Origin: Chloroflexia bacterium
GTDB lineage: Bacteria > Chloroflexota > Chloroflexia > QHBQ01 > JAICKM01
Assembly (NCBI GenBank): GCA_035693165.1
Contig: DASSGZ010000649.1
Span: 1-61,573 of the forward strand
Length of the DNA: 61,573 nt
Direction of reading: 5' to 3'
Shown here: positions 1-8,358 of the stretch, piece after piece
Position numbering within the stretch: the stretch's first letter is position 1
How the letters are laid out: every line of letters starts with the position of its first letter
Translations under genes and position numbers: made by a program
Notes under the pieces: generated by a model
Told to the model about the DNA's origin: nothing
Databases searched by the model: none
What the model saw: the letters and a program-made list of their open reading frames with translations, nothing else

Positions 1-151
1 GCGTTGGGCAGCCACTTGGTGGCGGTGATCCAGCCGTGGGCGGAGTGCGACGCCCGCCGGCGTCCCCGGCACTCACGCCGTCGAACAGGGACGGCACAGC
101 AGAAAGGGTGCCGCCGCCCGGTAAGTGCGTGAGCCAACGGCGGTTCATGGG

Positions 152-290
152 CACCGCAGAGACGCAGAGGACGCAGAGATCATTAAACCAAATTGAGTTT
201 AAGCTCCTTCCGGCCTACCGAGTCGGTAAAGTAGGCTGACTCTTGATCTAACCATATCCGAATCTCTGCGTCCTCTGCGCCTCTGCGGTG
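152..290. repeat. Inverted repeat with 29-bp arms (CACCGCAGAGACGCAGAGGACGCAGAGAT and its complement, 1 mismatch) around an 81-bp spacer; family F1 (GCAGAG/GCGAAG triplet hairpins)
   Basis: Arms read at 152-180 and 262-290. Related units occur at 31643-31745 and 33224-33296. Confidence 0.85.
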
Positions 291-338
291 CCTATACGTG
301 GCTGCCAGGCGCTACCGGTTGCGGGCGCGGGGGCTTTC

Positions 339-347
339 TGCTATGCT
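339..347 (+). promoter_or_regulatory. Candidate extended -10 promoter (TGCTATGCT) for the 420..962 gene
   Basis: TGn-TAnnnT motif about 75 nt upstream of the start. The same TGCTATnnT box follows the other two F1 hairpins. Confidence 0.35.
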
Positions 348-419
348 TAGACCACGCGGATTCGCGCTCCGGCATCCCGGCAACCGGGCGGCGGACCTCA
401 GAAGGAAGGGGATCAACTT

Positions 420-962
420 ATGGCCGCATTGGCCGATGAACTTCGCGAACATGGCACCGCGATACTCGATGAATTGATGCACCGCGCTCCGCAGGAGTTG
501 AAGGGCACCCTGTACGACGAAATGAACAAGCAGAAAATCCTCCGCGCGCGCTACGCGAACGTGCTGGAAGTCATCACCGATTATGTGCAGACGCAGGATG
601 TGGCTCTGTTCCGCCAGCATCATATCATCATCTTCATGCAGCGCTACTATCTCGACATCGACGCCGGGAACCCGCTCACGCCCCGCTTGATCAACTGGCG
701 CACGCGGGAAATCGAGCGCTCAGTCAATATGTATCTAGAGGTGCTCAAGCAGTTCACCTCGCCGAAGTACCATACCCAGTTGGAGACGATCTTCGGCTCC
801 GTGCGCCTGCTGATCCACCAGATGGGCACCTTCTTGCTGGTGAACATCGATAAGCTCAAAGACCGCATCCCGCGCGTGAAGATGGCCGGGATCGAATACG
901 GACCCGACAGCTCCTTCGATATCGATCCGCAACACTGGCCGCGCGTCGGCAGCCAGACCTGA
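420..962 (+). CDS. Hypothetical cytoplasmic protein (180 aa), no family recognised
   Basis: ATG preceded by GAAGGAAGGGG. G/C-rich third codon positions. The antisense ORFs are Arg/Pro-rich shadows. Confidence 0.65.
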   Translation: MAALADELREHGTAILDELMHRAPQELKGTLYDEMNKQKILRARYANVLEVITDYVQTQDVALFRQHHIIIFMQRYYLDIDAGNPLTPRLINWRTREIERSVNMYLEVLKQFTSPKYHTQLETIFGSVRLLIHQMGTFLLVNIDKLKDRIPRVKMAGIEYGPDSSFDIDPQHWPRVGSQT

Positions 963-988
963 TCGCAGGCGATAGGCGGTAACAAGCA

Positions 989-1016
989 AACGGCCGGACC
1001 CGAGGGTCCGGCCGTT
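989..1016. terminator. GC-rich hairpin between convergent genes (AACGGCCGGACCC-GA-GGGTCCGGCCGTT)
   Basis: 13-bp perfect stem read directly. No strong U-tract. Confidence 0.45.
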
Positions 1017-1183
1017 GCCGTTGGCGCTGCCGCCGGTGAGTCCGGCGGCGCGGTGGGCGGGCACCATCCGATCAGAGATCGCAGGCGCCCGTAGTGCGGT
1101 AGGTGTCGCGCGACCGGCGCGGGGCCGATCGCGCGGGTGGGGGTTCAGGGGCGGCACACGGAGCGCCGTCCCTGGACCTGGGG

Positions 1184-4100
1184 TTACGGGTTCTTGCCGG
1201 CAGCCGGCTGCGCAGGGGCGCAGGCGTTCGGGAAGAACGTCTGGGAGGCCACCTTGCTGACCTGGCCGCGGGTGATGTTGTTGAAAGGCCGATAGTAGAG
1301 GCCGGGGCACGGCTCGCCGGGGCCACCGCAGGTGTAGCCGTTGATCACGCCGTGCAGCGACAACCGCTCGATGAACACATAGAACGGGTTGGCCGCGGGC
1401 ACGTCGCGGAACGTCTGGCCGGTGGGCGTCTCGTTGTAGCCGGCGGCGTTAGCGTCGATCTTGGCGAGCTGGCCACGCGTGACGGGCAGTTCCCAGCGGA
1501 AGCAGGGGGTCCCGGTCGGGCAGTTGGCTGCCGTATCGTAGCCGCTGATCGCCCCCGTCGCCGCCAGCCGCTCGATGTAGACATAGAACGGGTTGCTGGC
1601 GGGCACGTCGGTGAACGTCTGGCCGGTCACGGTGGCGTTCAGCCCGGCGGAGTTGGCGATGATCTTCGACACCTGGCCGCGGGTCACGTCGTTCGTCCAG
1701 CGGAAGGTGTTGTCGCTATAGCCGCTGATGATGCCGCGGCAATAGAGGCACTGGATGTACTGGTAGAACGGGTTGAACTCATCCACGTCCGTAAACGGCA
1801 GCGGGCAGTTCACCGGGGTGCTGGTCGCCGTCGGCGGCGCGCTGGTCGCCGTAGCCGCAGGCGCGGTGGCCGTCGGCGGAACCGTGGTCGCGGTCGCCGT
1901 GGATCCCGGCGGAACCGTCGGCGGCACGGCTGTGTCGGTCGCGGTCGGCGGCACGGCGGTGCTGGTCACCGTCGGCGGCACAGCGGTGTTGGTCGCGGTC
2001 GGCGGCGCGCTGGTCACCGTCGGCGTCGGCGTGCCGTTGGGGCAGGTCGCGGTGATGGTTACGGTGACGTCATCGACCCACCAGCCGGTGGCGGCCACCG
2101 ACGAGTCGTTGGCTTCGCGGAAGCGGAAGCGCACGTTGTTCTGGCCGGCATAACTCATCAGGTTGACCTGGACGTTGACGAAGCTACCGGTCGAACCGAT
2201 GGTACCGCTCCAGGCCTGGCGCCCGCCGATCGGGCTGCCGAAGCTAGTGGAGATGGTAGAGTTATAGCCGCCGGTGATGAAGGTCGGCACGGTCGTGGAC
2301 CAGGTGCTGCCACCGTCGGTCGAGAATTCCAGCACGCCTCCGTCGAACGTGTTCTCCAGGGCCACGCGGTGCCAGAAGGACAGCACGGCGCTGGTGGCGC
2401 CGGCCGGGACGGCGAAACCGTTGGTCAATTCCAGCCGCTGGTCGGAGATGTTGTTACGGTCGGGTGCAAAGGCGCTTTGGGTGCCGCTGTGTTTGTCGGT
2501 GGTGACGGCGGCCCAGCCGCAGCCGCCGGGCGCGCAGGTAGCCACCGCCGAGGCGAAGCCGCCTAGCCCCGTCTCAAACCCTTCGCTCACGGGCGTCAGC
2601 AGCACGCACGGCGTGGATGTGGCCGTCGGGGTCGAGGTGGACGTCTGAGTCGGCGTGGCCGTCGGCGGGGTGCCGGTCACGGTCGGCGTGGGCGTGCCGA
2701 GGGTACAGCCGGGGAACTTGAAGTTGCCGATGCGAGTCTTCCAGTTGAAGCTGCTATTGGTTGCGTAGTACTCGCTGGTATACCAGAAGGTGCAGTCGTC
2801 GACCGGGTCGACGGTGATGTCGCTGTAGTCGCCCCAGCGGCTGCCGGTGCCGGTCTGGCTGCCCGCGCCGGCGAACAGCGTGGCTTCGCCTTGAGCCAGT
2901 TGGTTCAGCGGGTCGCCGACCAGCCGCCCGGCGTAGCGGATCTCCGGGTGGATGCTGGCGCTCGACGCGCTGAAGCCGACGGCCAGGTTACCCTGCGTGT
3001 CCTGGGCGGCGCTCGCCATCCAGCGCCAGGTGGTATCGGGCTGGTAGGTGCTTTCCTGATGGACCGTCACGGGGCCGGCGGTGACGTTGCGCAGCTCGAA
3101 CCAGCGCACGCCGGCCACGCCGCTGCTGCTCACCGTGTAGTTGCCCACCAGCGACTCGTGCGTGCCGAAGTTGCGATAGGCCAGCCGGAACATCAGCCGG
3201 TCGGCGATGGCATCGAGGGCCGTGCTCGGCGCCAACTGGGGCACACAGGCGCGGGTGGTGGGGCAGAGCAGGGTGAAGGGCGCGGCGGTCGGCGAGGCAA
3301 ACGTCGTCCAGGTGGAGTTAGCCGGCGTGGCGAAGTCCACATGGAAGTGGTAGGTGTCGTAGTTGCCGGTGGTGCCGGGGAAGGCGACGAAGCTGTTGGG
3401 CGCGCCCGCCGGGGGCAGCGTCGAGCCGTCGAGGTCCGCCGGCAGGATCGGGTCGACGTTGCTGCCCATGGGGGCGTTCAACGTGATAAAGGTAGCGGCC
3501 TGCCCGGCGAGCATCTTGGCGCGGTCAAACGCGAACGGCTGCGGGCCGAGATAGGCCGTGCCGCTGGAGTTGAAGATGTTCATGCTCATGTAATAGGCAT
3601 CCGGCCAGACGCCCAGGTGCGGGTAGTCGAAGAAGTTGCTGCCCAGGTGGAACCCGTAGCGGTAGTAGCTGCCGGTCGCATCGCTGGTTTGCGAGATCGC
3701 GATGCACTCATCGGTGATGGTGCTGCCGCCCGCGAACTGGCTAATCAGCCAGCGGTTGGCGATCTGGTCGTAGAGCACGACAGGGTCGCCCGCGCCGCCG
3801 GTTTCGCAGACGCCGCCGAAGCCGCTCCAGAGGGTCGCGATGCCGACCGGGCCGAACACCGATGCGCCGGTGGTCTTATTCCAGACCTGCACGCCCTCGT
3901 TGACCATCTGGACATACTGGGTGGCGCCGACTTCGCCGTTGGTGTCGGGCGGGGCGCAGTTGCAGCCCACGCCGGGGAAACCGATGCCGTCGAAGTTGAG
4001 AATGGTGCCGGGCATGGCCAGCGGCGCCAGCAGGCTCTGCACCACCGTGTCCACGCCGTTCTTGTGATTGAGGGCTAGCGCCCAGTTGGGGGGCGCTTCC

Positions 4101-4351
4101 TTCTCTTTCTCACCCTTGGTGACGACGGGGGGAATCGAACGCAGCGCCGGCGAGGTGTCGTTGTGGTAGGAGGCGGTCTGCACCATGCCGTTCGCCAGAT
4201 TCGTCACGGCGCCGGTGCTGGTCACGGCATTGGTCGCGCCGGCCTTAAATGGCGCGGCGGCCAGGGTGCCATTGACCATCGTGCCCAGGCCCAGCACGGT
4301 CAGCAGCGCCACACACGCCGCCGCTAAGTACCGCCAGGTACTTTTCTTCAT
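1184..4351 (-). CDS. Secreted cell-surface protein, paralog A. Order: signal peptide, ~500-aa Cys-containing N-terminal domain of unknown function, Thr/Pro linker, ~190-aa MAM/jelly-roll-like domain with an Asp-box (STDGGSTW), Thr/Pro linker, three C-terminal SLH domains
   Basis: N-terminus [31 protein letters not shown] signatures FTDV..NPFY..GIISGY..TRGQ occur three times. RBS GGAATGGAG upstream. Confidence 0.9.
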   Translation of the reverse strand: MKKSTWRYLAAACVALLTVLGLGTMVNGTLAAAPFKAGATNAVTSTGAVTNLANGMVQTASYHNDTSPALRSIPPVVTKGEKEKEAPPNWALALNHKNGVDTVVQSLLAPLAMPGTILNFDGIGFPGVGCNCAPPDTNGEVGATQYVQMVNEGVQVWNKTTGASVFGPVGIATLWSGFGGVCETGGAGDPVVLYDQIANRWLISQFAGGSTITDECIAISQTSDATGSYYRYGFHLGSNFFDYPHLGVWPDAYYMSMNIFNSSGTAYLGPQPFAFDRAKMLAGQAATFITLNAPMGSNVDPILPADLDGSTLPPAGAPNSFVAFPGTTGNYDTYHFHVDFATPANSTWTTFASPTAAPFTLLCPTTRACVPQLAPSTALDAIADRLMFRLAYRNFGTHESLVGNYTVSSSGVAGVRWFELRNVTAGPVTVHQESTYQPDTTWRWMASAAQDTQGNLAVGFSASSASIHPEIRYAGRLVGDPLNQLAQGEATLFAGAGSQTGTGSRWGDYSDITVDPVDDCTFWYTSEYYATNSSFNWKTRIGNFKFPGCTLGTPTPTVTGTPPTATPTQTSTSTPTATSTPCVLLTPVSEGFETGLGGFASAVATCAPGGCGWAAVTTDKHSGTQSAFAPDRNNISDQRLELTNGFAVPAGATSAVLSFWHRVALENTFDGGVLEFSTDGGSTWSTTVPTFITGGYNSTISTSFGSPIGGRQAWSGTIGSTGSFVNVQVNLMSYAGQNNVRFRFREANDSSVAATGWWVDDVTVTITATCPNGTPTPTVTSAPPTATNTAVPPTVTSTAVPPTATDTAVPPTVPPGSTATATTVPPTATAPAATATSAPPTATSTPVNCPLPFTDVDEFNPFYQYIQCLYCRGIISGYSDNTFRWTNDVTRGQVSKIIANSAGLNATVTGQTFTDVPASNPFYVYIERLAATGAISGYDTAANCPTGTPCFRWELPVTRGQLAKIDANAAGYNETPTGQTFRDVPAANPFYVFIERLSLHGVINGYTCGGPGEPCPGLYYRPFNNITRGQVSKVASQTFFPNACAPAQPAAGKNP

Positions 4352-4655
4352 GAGTCTCCATTCCTTTCAAAAAGTCCCATGTCCCAGAGGCAAGACGTAG
4401 GTGAGAGCGGGTCTCTGCCTCCGTTGGTACACAAACCGCCGGTAGGCGGCATCAGGAATTCCCGGCCCGGCAGGCCAGACGGCGCGGAGTAGCGCGAGGG
4501 ATCTCCAGCAGGCTCCTTTCTTGTCCCGTGCTTCCGGAAGGCATACAGGATCTTATCACCCGTCCGCGGCCTGGTGGACGGCGGACGCGTCTATCGAAAA
4601 GCCCAGCGAAGGCGCCAACTCGATTTGGATAACCGTTTATCCGGAAGATATATAC

Positions 4656-4685
4656 ATTATAGTCGGCTACTGCTGAGACTGTCAA
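4656..4685 (-). promoter_or_regulatory. Consensus sigma70-type promoter for paralog A: TTGACA, 18 nt, TATAAT
   Basis: The minus strand reads TTGACAgtctcagcagtagccgacTATAAT. This implies a ~300-nt 5' leader. Confidence 0.65.
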
Positions 4686-4727
4686 CTCAATATACAGCGG
4701 ATAGTAGCCGCGCTTCGCATAGCCCTT

Positions 4728-4757
4728 TAGTACCATGCTCCTAGTACGATGGTACTA
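4728..4757. promoter_or_regulatory. Inverted repeat TAGTACCAT-12 nt-ATGGTACTA with a third CTAGTAC in the spacer, upstream of the paralog A -35
   Basis: Perfect 9-bp arms read directly. AT-rich TAGTAC boxes in a GC-rich genome. Confidence 0.5.
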
Positions 4758-4842
4758 GCGGCCGCGCGGATGACGAGGATCGCCGTGAGGATTGCGCCCC
4801 GGCTCATGGAGCCGGCGGCATCCCGAGGGGATGAATTGAGGC

Positions 4843-4880
4843 GGCGGGGGCCGATCCTCCGCGAAAGATCGGCCCCCGCC
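4843..4880 (-). terminator. Hairpin terminator downstream of paralog B (14-bp perfect stem GGCGGGGGCCGATC / GATCGGCCCCCGCC)
   Basis: Lies 14 nt past the paralog B stop on the minus strand. Confidence 0.6.
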
Positions 4881-4893
4881 TGGTCAAAGCGGG

Positions 4894-7800
4894 TTAAGGT
4901 GTGCGCACGGATATCTGCGCGGGCGCGCAGTTCAGCGGGAAGAAGGTCTGCGCCGCGACCTTGCTGACCTGGCCGCGGGTGATGTTCGCGTTGGGCCGGA
5001 AGTAGAGACCGGGGCAGGGCTCGCCCGCCGCGCCGCAGGTGTAGCCGTTGATCACCCCATGCAGCGACAGCCGCTCGATGAACACATAGAACGGGCTGGC
5101 CGCGGGCACGTCGTTGAACGTCTGGCCGCTGGGCGTCTCGTTATAGCCGGCGGCATTGGCGTCGATCTTGGCGAGTTGGCCGCGCGTCACGGCCAGTTCG
5201 GGCCGGAAGCAGGGCACCCCCGTCGGGCAGTTGGCCGCCGTGTTGTAGCCGCTGATCGCGCCGGTCGCCACCAACCGCCCGATGAACACGAAGAACGGGC
5301 TGCCCGGCGGCACGTCGGTGAAGGTTTGCGTGGTGATGGTGGCGTTGAGGCCCGCCGCGTTGGCGATGATCTTCGACACCTGGCCGCGCGTCACATCGGC
5401 GCTCCAGCGGAAGGTGTTGTCGCTGTAGCCGGAGATGATGCCGCGGCAGTAGAGGCACTGGATGTACTGGTAGAACGGGTTGAACTGGTCCACGTCCGTG
5501 AACGGTAGCGGGCAGTTCACCGCCGGCGTCGCCGTCGCCGTGGGCGTACGGGTCGGGGGCACCGGAGTGCGCGTGCGGGTCGCCGTGGGCGTGGGCGTAT
5601 TCGTGCAAGGCGTGCGGATCGTGACGCTGACGTCATCAACCCACCAGCCGGTGGCGACCGCCGACGTATCGTTGGCCTCACGGAAGCGGAAACGCAGGTT
5701 GCTCTGCCCGGCATAGGCTATCAGGTCCACCTGGACGTTGACGAAGTTGCCGGTGGAGCCAATGGTGCCGCTCCAGGCGTGTCGCCCGGCGATCGGGCTG
5801 CTGAACCCGCTGGAGATGGTGGCGTTGTAGCCGCCGCTGATGAACGTGGGATCGCTGGTGGTCCAGGTGGCGCCGTTATTGGTGGAGAACTCCAGCACGC
5901 CGCCGTCATAGCCGTTCTCCAGGGCCACGCGGTGCCAGAAGGAAAGCACGGCGCTGGTGGCGGTGGCCGGGATGCTGAGGCCGCTGCTCAACTCCAACCG
6001 TTGGTCCGAGATATTGGCGAGGTCCGGGGCATAGGCCGCATGCGTGCCGCCGTGTTTGTCGCTGGTGACGGTGGTCCAGCCGCAGCCACCGGGCACGCAG
6101 GTGGCGACCGCTGAGGCAAAGCCCCCCAGCCCGCTCTCAAAGCCTTCCGTCAGCGGCGTCGTATTCACGGCGCAGGCCGTCGGCGTGGCGGTCGGCGTCC
6201 GGGTGGCGGTGGGCGGGGTGCCGGTCACGGTCGCGGTCGGCGTGCTGAGGCTGCAGCCGGGGAACTTGAACGCCCCGATGCGCGTGCGCCAGCCCACGGA
6301 GCTGGTGGTCGGCAGATACTGGTTCACGTACCAGAAGGTGCAGTCGTCCACCGGGTCAACCGTCATGTCGGTGTAATCGCCCCAGCGGGCCGAGCCGGTT
6401 TGCGAGCCGGTGCCTTCGATGAGCGAGGCTTCGCCCTGCGGCATCTGGCTCAGCGGATCGCTCGCCAGCCGCCCGGTGTAGCGGATGCTGGGGAAGACGG
6501 TGGTGCTGGACGCGCTATAGCCCAGGGCCATGTTGCCGTTGGCGTCCATGGCAATGCTGCCCATCCAGCGATGGATGCCGTCGGTGAGTCCGGGCGCATA
6601 CGTACTTTGCTGGTAGATAACGGGGCTGCTGTTCGGGCTGCGCAGTTCATACCAGCGCACCCCGGCCACCTGGCCGCTCGGCCCGGTCCCCGCATCCACG
6701 GACTGGTTGGTCACCAGCGACTCGTAGGTGCCCATGTTACGGTAGGCCAGCCGGAACAGCGGGCGCTGGCGGATCGATTGAATATCCACCTTCTGCGACG
6801 TCATGGGCTGCGGGATGCAGTCGCGCGAGCCGGGCGAGCAGGGGAAAGCAGAGTTGAAGGGCGCGGTGGGCAGGGTATTCGCCAGCACGAAGGTGGAGTT
6901 CGCCGGGGTCCCGAAGTCGACGTGGAACTTCCAGAGCGTGAGGGCATCCTGCGGCGCGCCGTAGGGCCCGTTGTTGTCCATCGAGCCGACAAAGTACTCC
7001 GGGTTGCCGGCGGGCGGCAGCGTCATACCGTCCAGGTCGGCGGGCAACAGGCCGTCGCCGACGGTATAGGCCGGGCTGGGCGGCACGAGGAAGGAAAGCA
7101 GTTGCGGGTTCGGATTGCCGGCCAGCATCTGGGCACGGTTGGCTGCGTAGGCGCCGACGCCCTGGAAGACGCTGGGGTTACCGGCGAATTCGCGCGTGCT
7201 GATGTAGTAGGCATCCGGCCCCATGCCGTACTTGGGATAATCCGGGAAGTGCGTACCGGTCGAGAACGCCCACCGGTAATAGGCCCCGGTCGGATCGGCG
7301 GTTTGCGACAGGGCCACGCAGTTATAGTAGTTGGGCCCGCTGGCGGTGAACTGGCTCAGCAACCAGCGGTCGGCCAGTTGGTCGTAGAGTACGATCGGAT
7401 CGCCGGCGTTCTCGACCTGGCACGGGCCGCCAAAGCCGGCCCACAGGGTATTGTTGGCCGCCGGCCCATAGAGCGACGTGCCCGTCTTGCTGAAGATCTG
7501 GAAGCTCAGGTTGGTCATGACCACGTAGTGGTTGCGCCCCACCTCGCCGTTGGGATCGGGCGGCGAGACACTCGACAGGTTGCCCGGCCCATCGAAGTTG
7601 ACACCGGGCGTGGGCATGGCGAGCGCGCCCAGCAGCTTCTGGACTGCGGAATCCAGTTCTTTGGGGCTGCGGCCGGCGCGGGCCGGCAGATCGCGATTTT
7701 CGTTCTCGCGCAATTGCCCCGTGCCGGGCGCAACCGGGGCGATGCTGCGTAACGGGGGCGACACGTCGAACTGGACCGCGGTGCGCACCCCTTCGTAGAC

Positions 7801-7941
7801 GCCCGTGATGGGCGCGTCGGCGGCGCCGGCGGCTCGCGCCCCCGATGAATCCCCGCTGCGCCAGGCCAACCCGGCCAGGATCACCACCGCCACGGTCAAA
7901 ACTACCCAGACACTTATGCGATGCCGAAGCTGGAGTATCAT
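4894..7941 (-). CDS. Secreted cell-surface protein, paralog B (divergent copy). Same architecture as A: unknown N-terminal domain, MAM-like domain, three SLH domains
   Basis: Signal/TM segment VWVVLTVAVVILAGLAW. Shared motifs [48 protein letters not shown] triple present. RBS AGGAAGGA. Confidence 0.9.
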   Translation of the reverse strand: MILQLRHRISVWVVLTVAVVILAGLAWRSGDSSGARAAGAADAPITGVYEGVRTAVQFDVSPPLRSIAPVAPGTGQLRENENRDLPARAGRSPKELDSAVQKLLGALAMPTPGVNFDGPGNLSSVSPPDPNGEVGRNHYVVMTNLSFQIFSKTGTSLYGPAANNTLWAGFGGPCQVENAGDPIVLYDQLADRWLLSQFTASGPNYYNCVALSQTADPTGAYYRWAFSTGTHFPDYPKYGMGPDAYYISTREFAGNPSVFQGVGAYAANRAQMLAGNPNPQLLSFLVPPSPAYTVGDGLLPADLDGMTLPPAGNPEYFVGSMDNNGPYGAPQDALTLWKFHVDFGTPANSTFVLANTLPTAPFNSAFPCSPGSRDCIPQPMTSQKVDIQSIRQRPLFRLAYRNMGTYESLVTNQSVDAGTGPSGQVAGVRWYELRSPNSSPVIYQQSTYAPGLTDGIHRWMGSIAMDANGNMALGYSASSTTVFPSIRYTGRLASDPLSQMPQGEASLIEGTGSQTGSARWGDYTDMTVDPVDDCTFWYVNQYLPTTSSVGWRTRIGAFKFPGCSLSTPTATVTGTPPTATRTPTATPTACAVNTTPLTEGFESGLGGFASAVATCVPGGCGWTTVTSDKHGGTHAAYAPDLANISDQRLELSSGLSIPATATSAVLSFWHRVALENGYDGGVLEFSTNNGATWTTSDPTFISGGYNATISSGFSSPIAGRHAWSGTIGSTGNFVNVQVDLIAYAGQSNLRFRFREANDTSAVATGWWVDDVSVTIRTPCTNTPTPTATRTRTPVPPTRTPTATATPAVNCPLPFTDVDQFNPFYQYIQCLYCRGIISGYSDNTFRWSADVTRGQVSKIIANAAGLNATITTQTFTDVPPGSPFFVFIGRLVATGAISGYNTAANCPTGVPCFRPELAVTRGQLAKIDANAAGYNETPSGQTFNDVPAASPFYVFIERLSLHGVINGYTCGAAGEPCPGLYFRPNANITRGQVSKVAAQTFFPLNCAPAQISVRTP

Positions 7942-8187
7942 ATGTGCTTTTTTCCTTCCTGAGATCTAGAGTGGCAGGTCACAGGTGGCGCGCACCGTCC
8001 GCTACGCGGTGCAGAAGCAGCCCCAATAACGATAAAGCGGTATGTCCCCTGAGAGTTACCATCGCCAACGAGGCGGGTGAGCCGGCAGGCGTGGAGTGTG
8101 CCGGATTGTGGAAGGTAGATCGTTTGCGCGGAGTGTGTCGATAGAGACGGGATACAACAAAGCGCCGTTGGACGCGAAGACCGGATT

Positions 8188-8217
8188 AGTATAATCTTTA
8201 CAGGCTTTTACCGTCAA
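8188..8217 (-). promoter_or_regulatory. Promoter for paralog B: TTGACG, 18 nt, TATACT
   Basis: The minus strand reads TTGACGgtaaaagcctgtaaagatTATACT. This implies a ~240-nt leader. Confidence 0.55.
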
Positions 8218-8269
8218 GACCAGCGCGAGGAGCCGGGCGCCGCAGGGCATCGATGCCGGCGACGGGCAG

Positions 8270-8304
8270 GGCAGGGCGCGATTCGGGTAGAATCGCGCCC
8301 TGCC
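8270..8304. terminator. 14-bp perfect hairpin (GGCAGGGCGCGATT-CGGGTAG-AATCGCGCCCTGCC) between paralog C and the paralog B promoter; resembles repeat family F5
   Basis: Stem read directly. Lies downstream of the paralog C stop. Confidence 0.5.
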
Positions 8305-8358
8305 GAGACTCTTTTCCTACGGGCCGGGAGGCGCTGGGCGCGCCCCCGGCAGATCAGG

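Noticed and set aside
1-148. Possible 5' part of a minus-strand gene running off the left edge (ATG at 148: MNRRWLTHLPGGGTLSAVPSLFDGVSAGD...).
   Set aside because: The frame with the ATG keeps good third-position GC only down to about position 60. A different frame (..HGWITATKWLPN) looks coding for 1-60. I cannot settle frame or start from about 50 codons, so it is not reported as a feature.
4749-4967. 72-aa plus-strand ORF starting at the ATG inside the TAGTAC inverted repeat.
   Set aside because: No RBS and an Arg/Ala-rich product. It overlaps the terminator hairpin and the 3' end of paralog B. The ATG is part of the palindrome.
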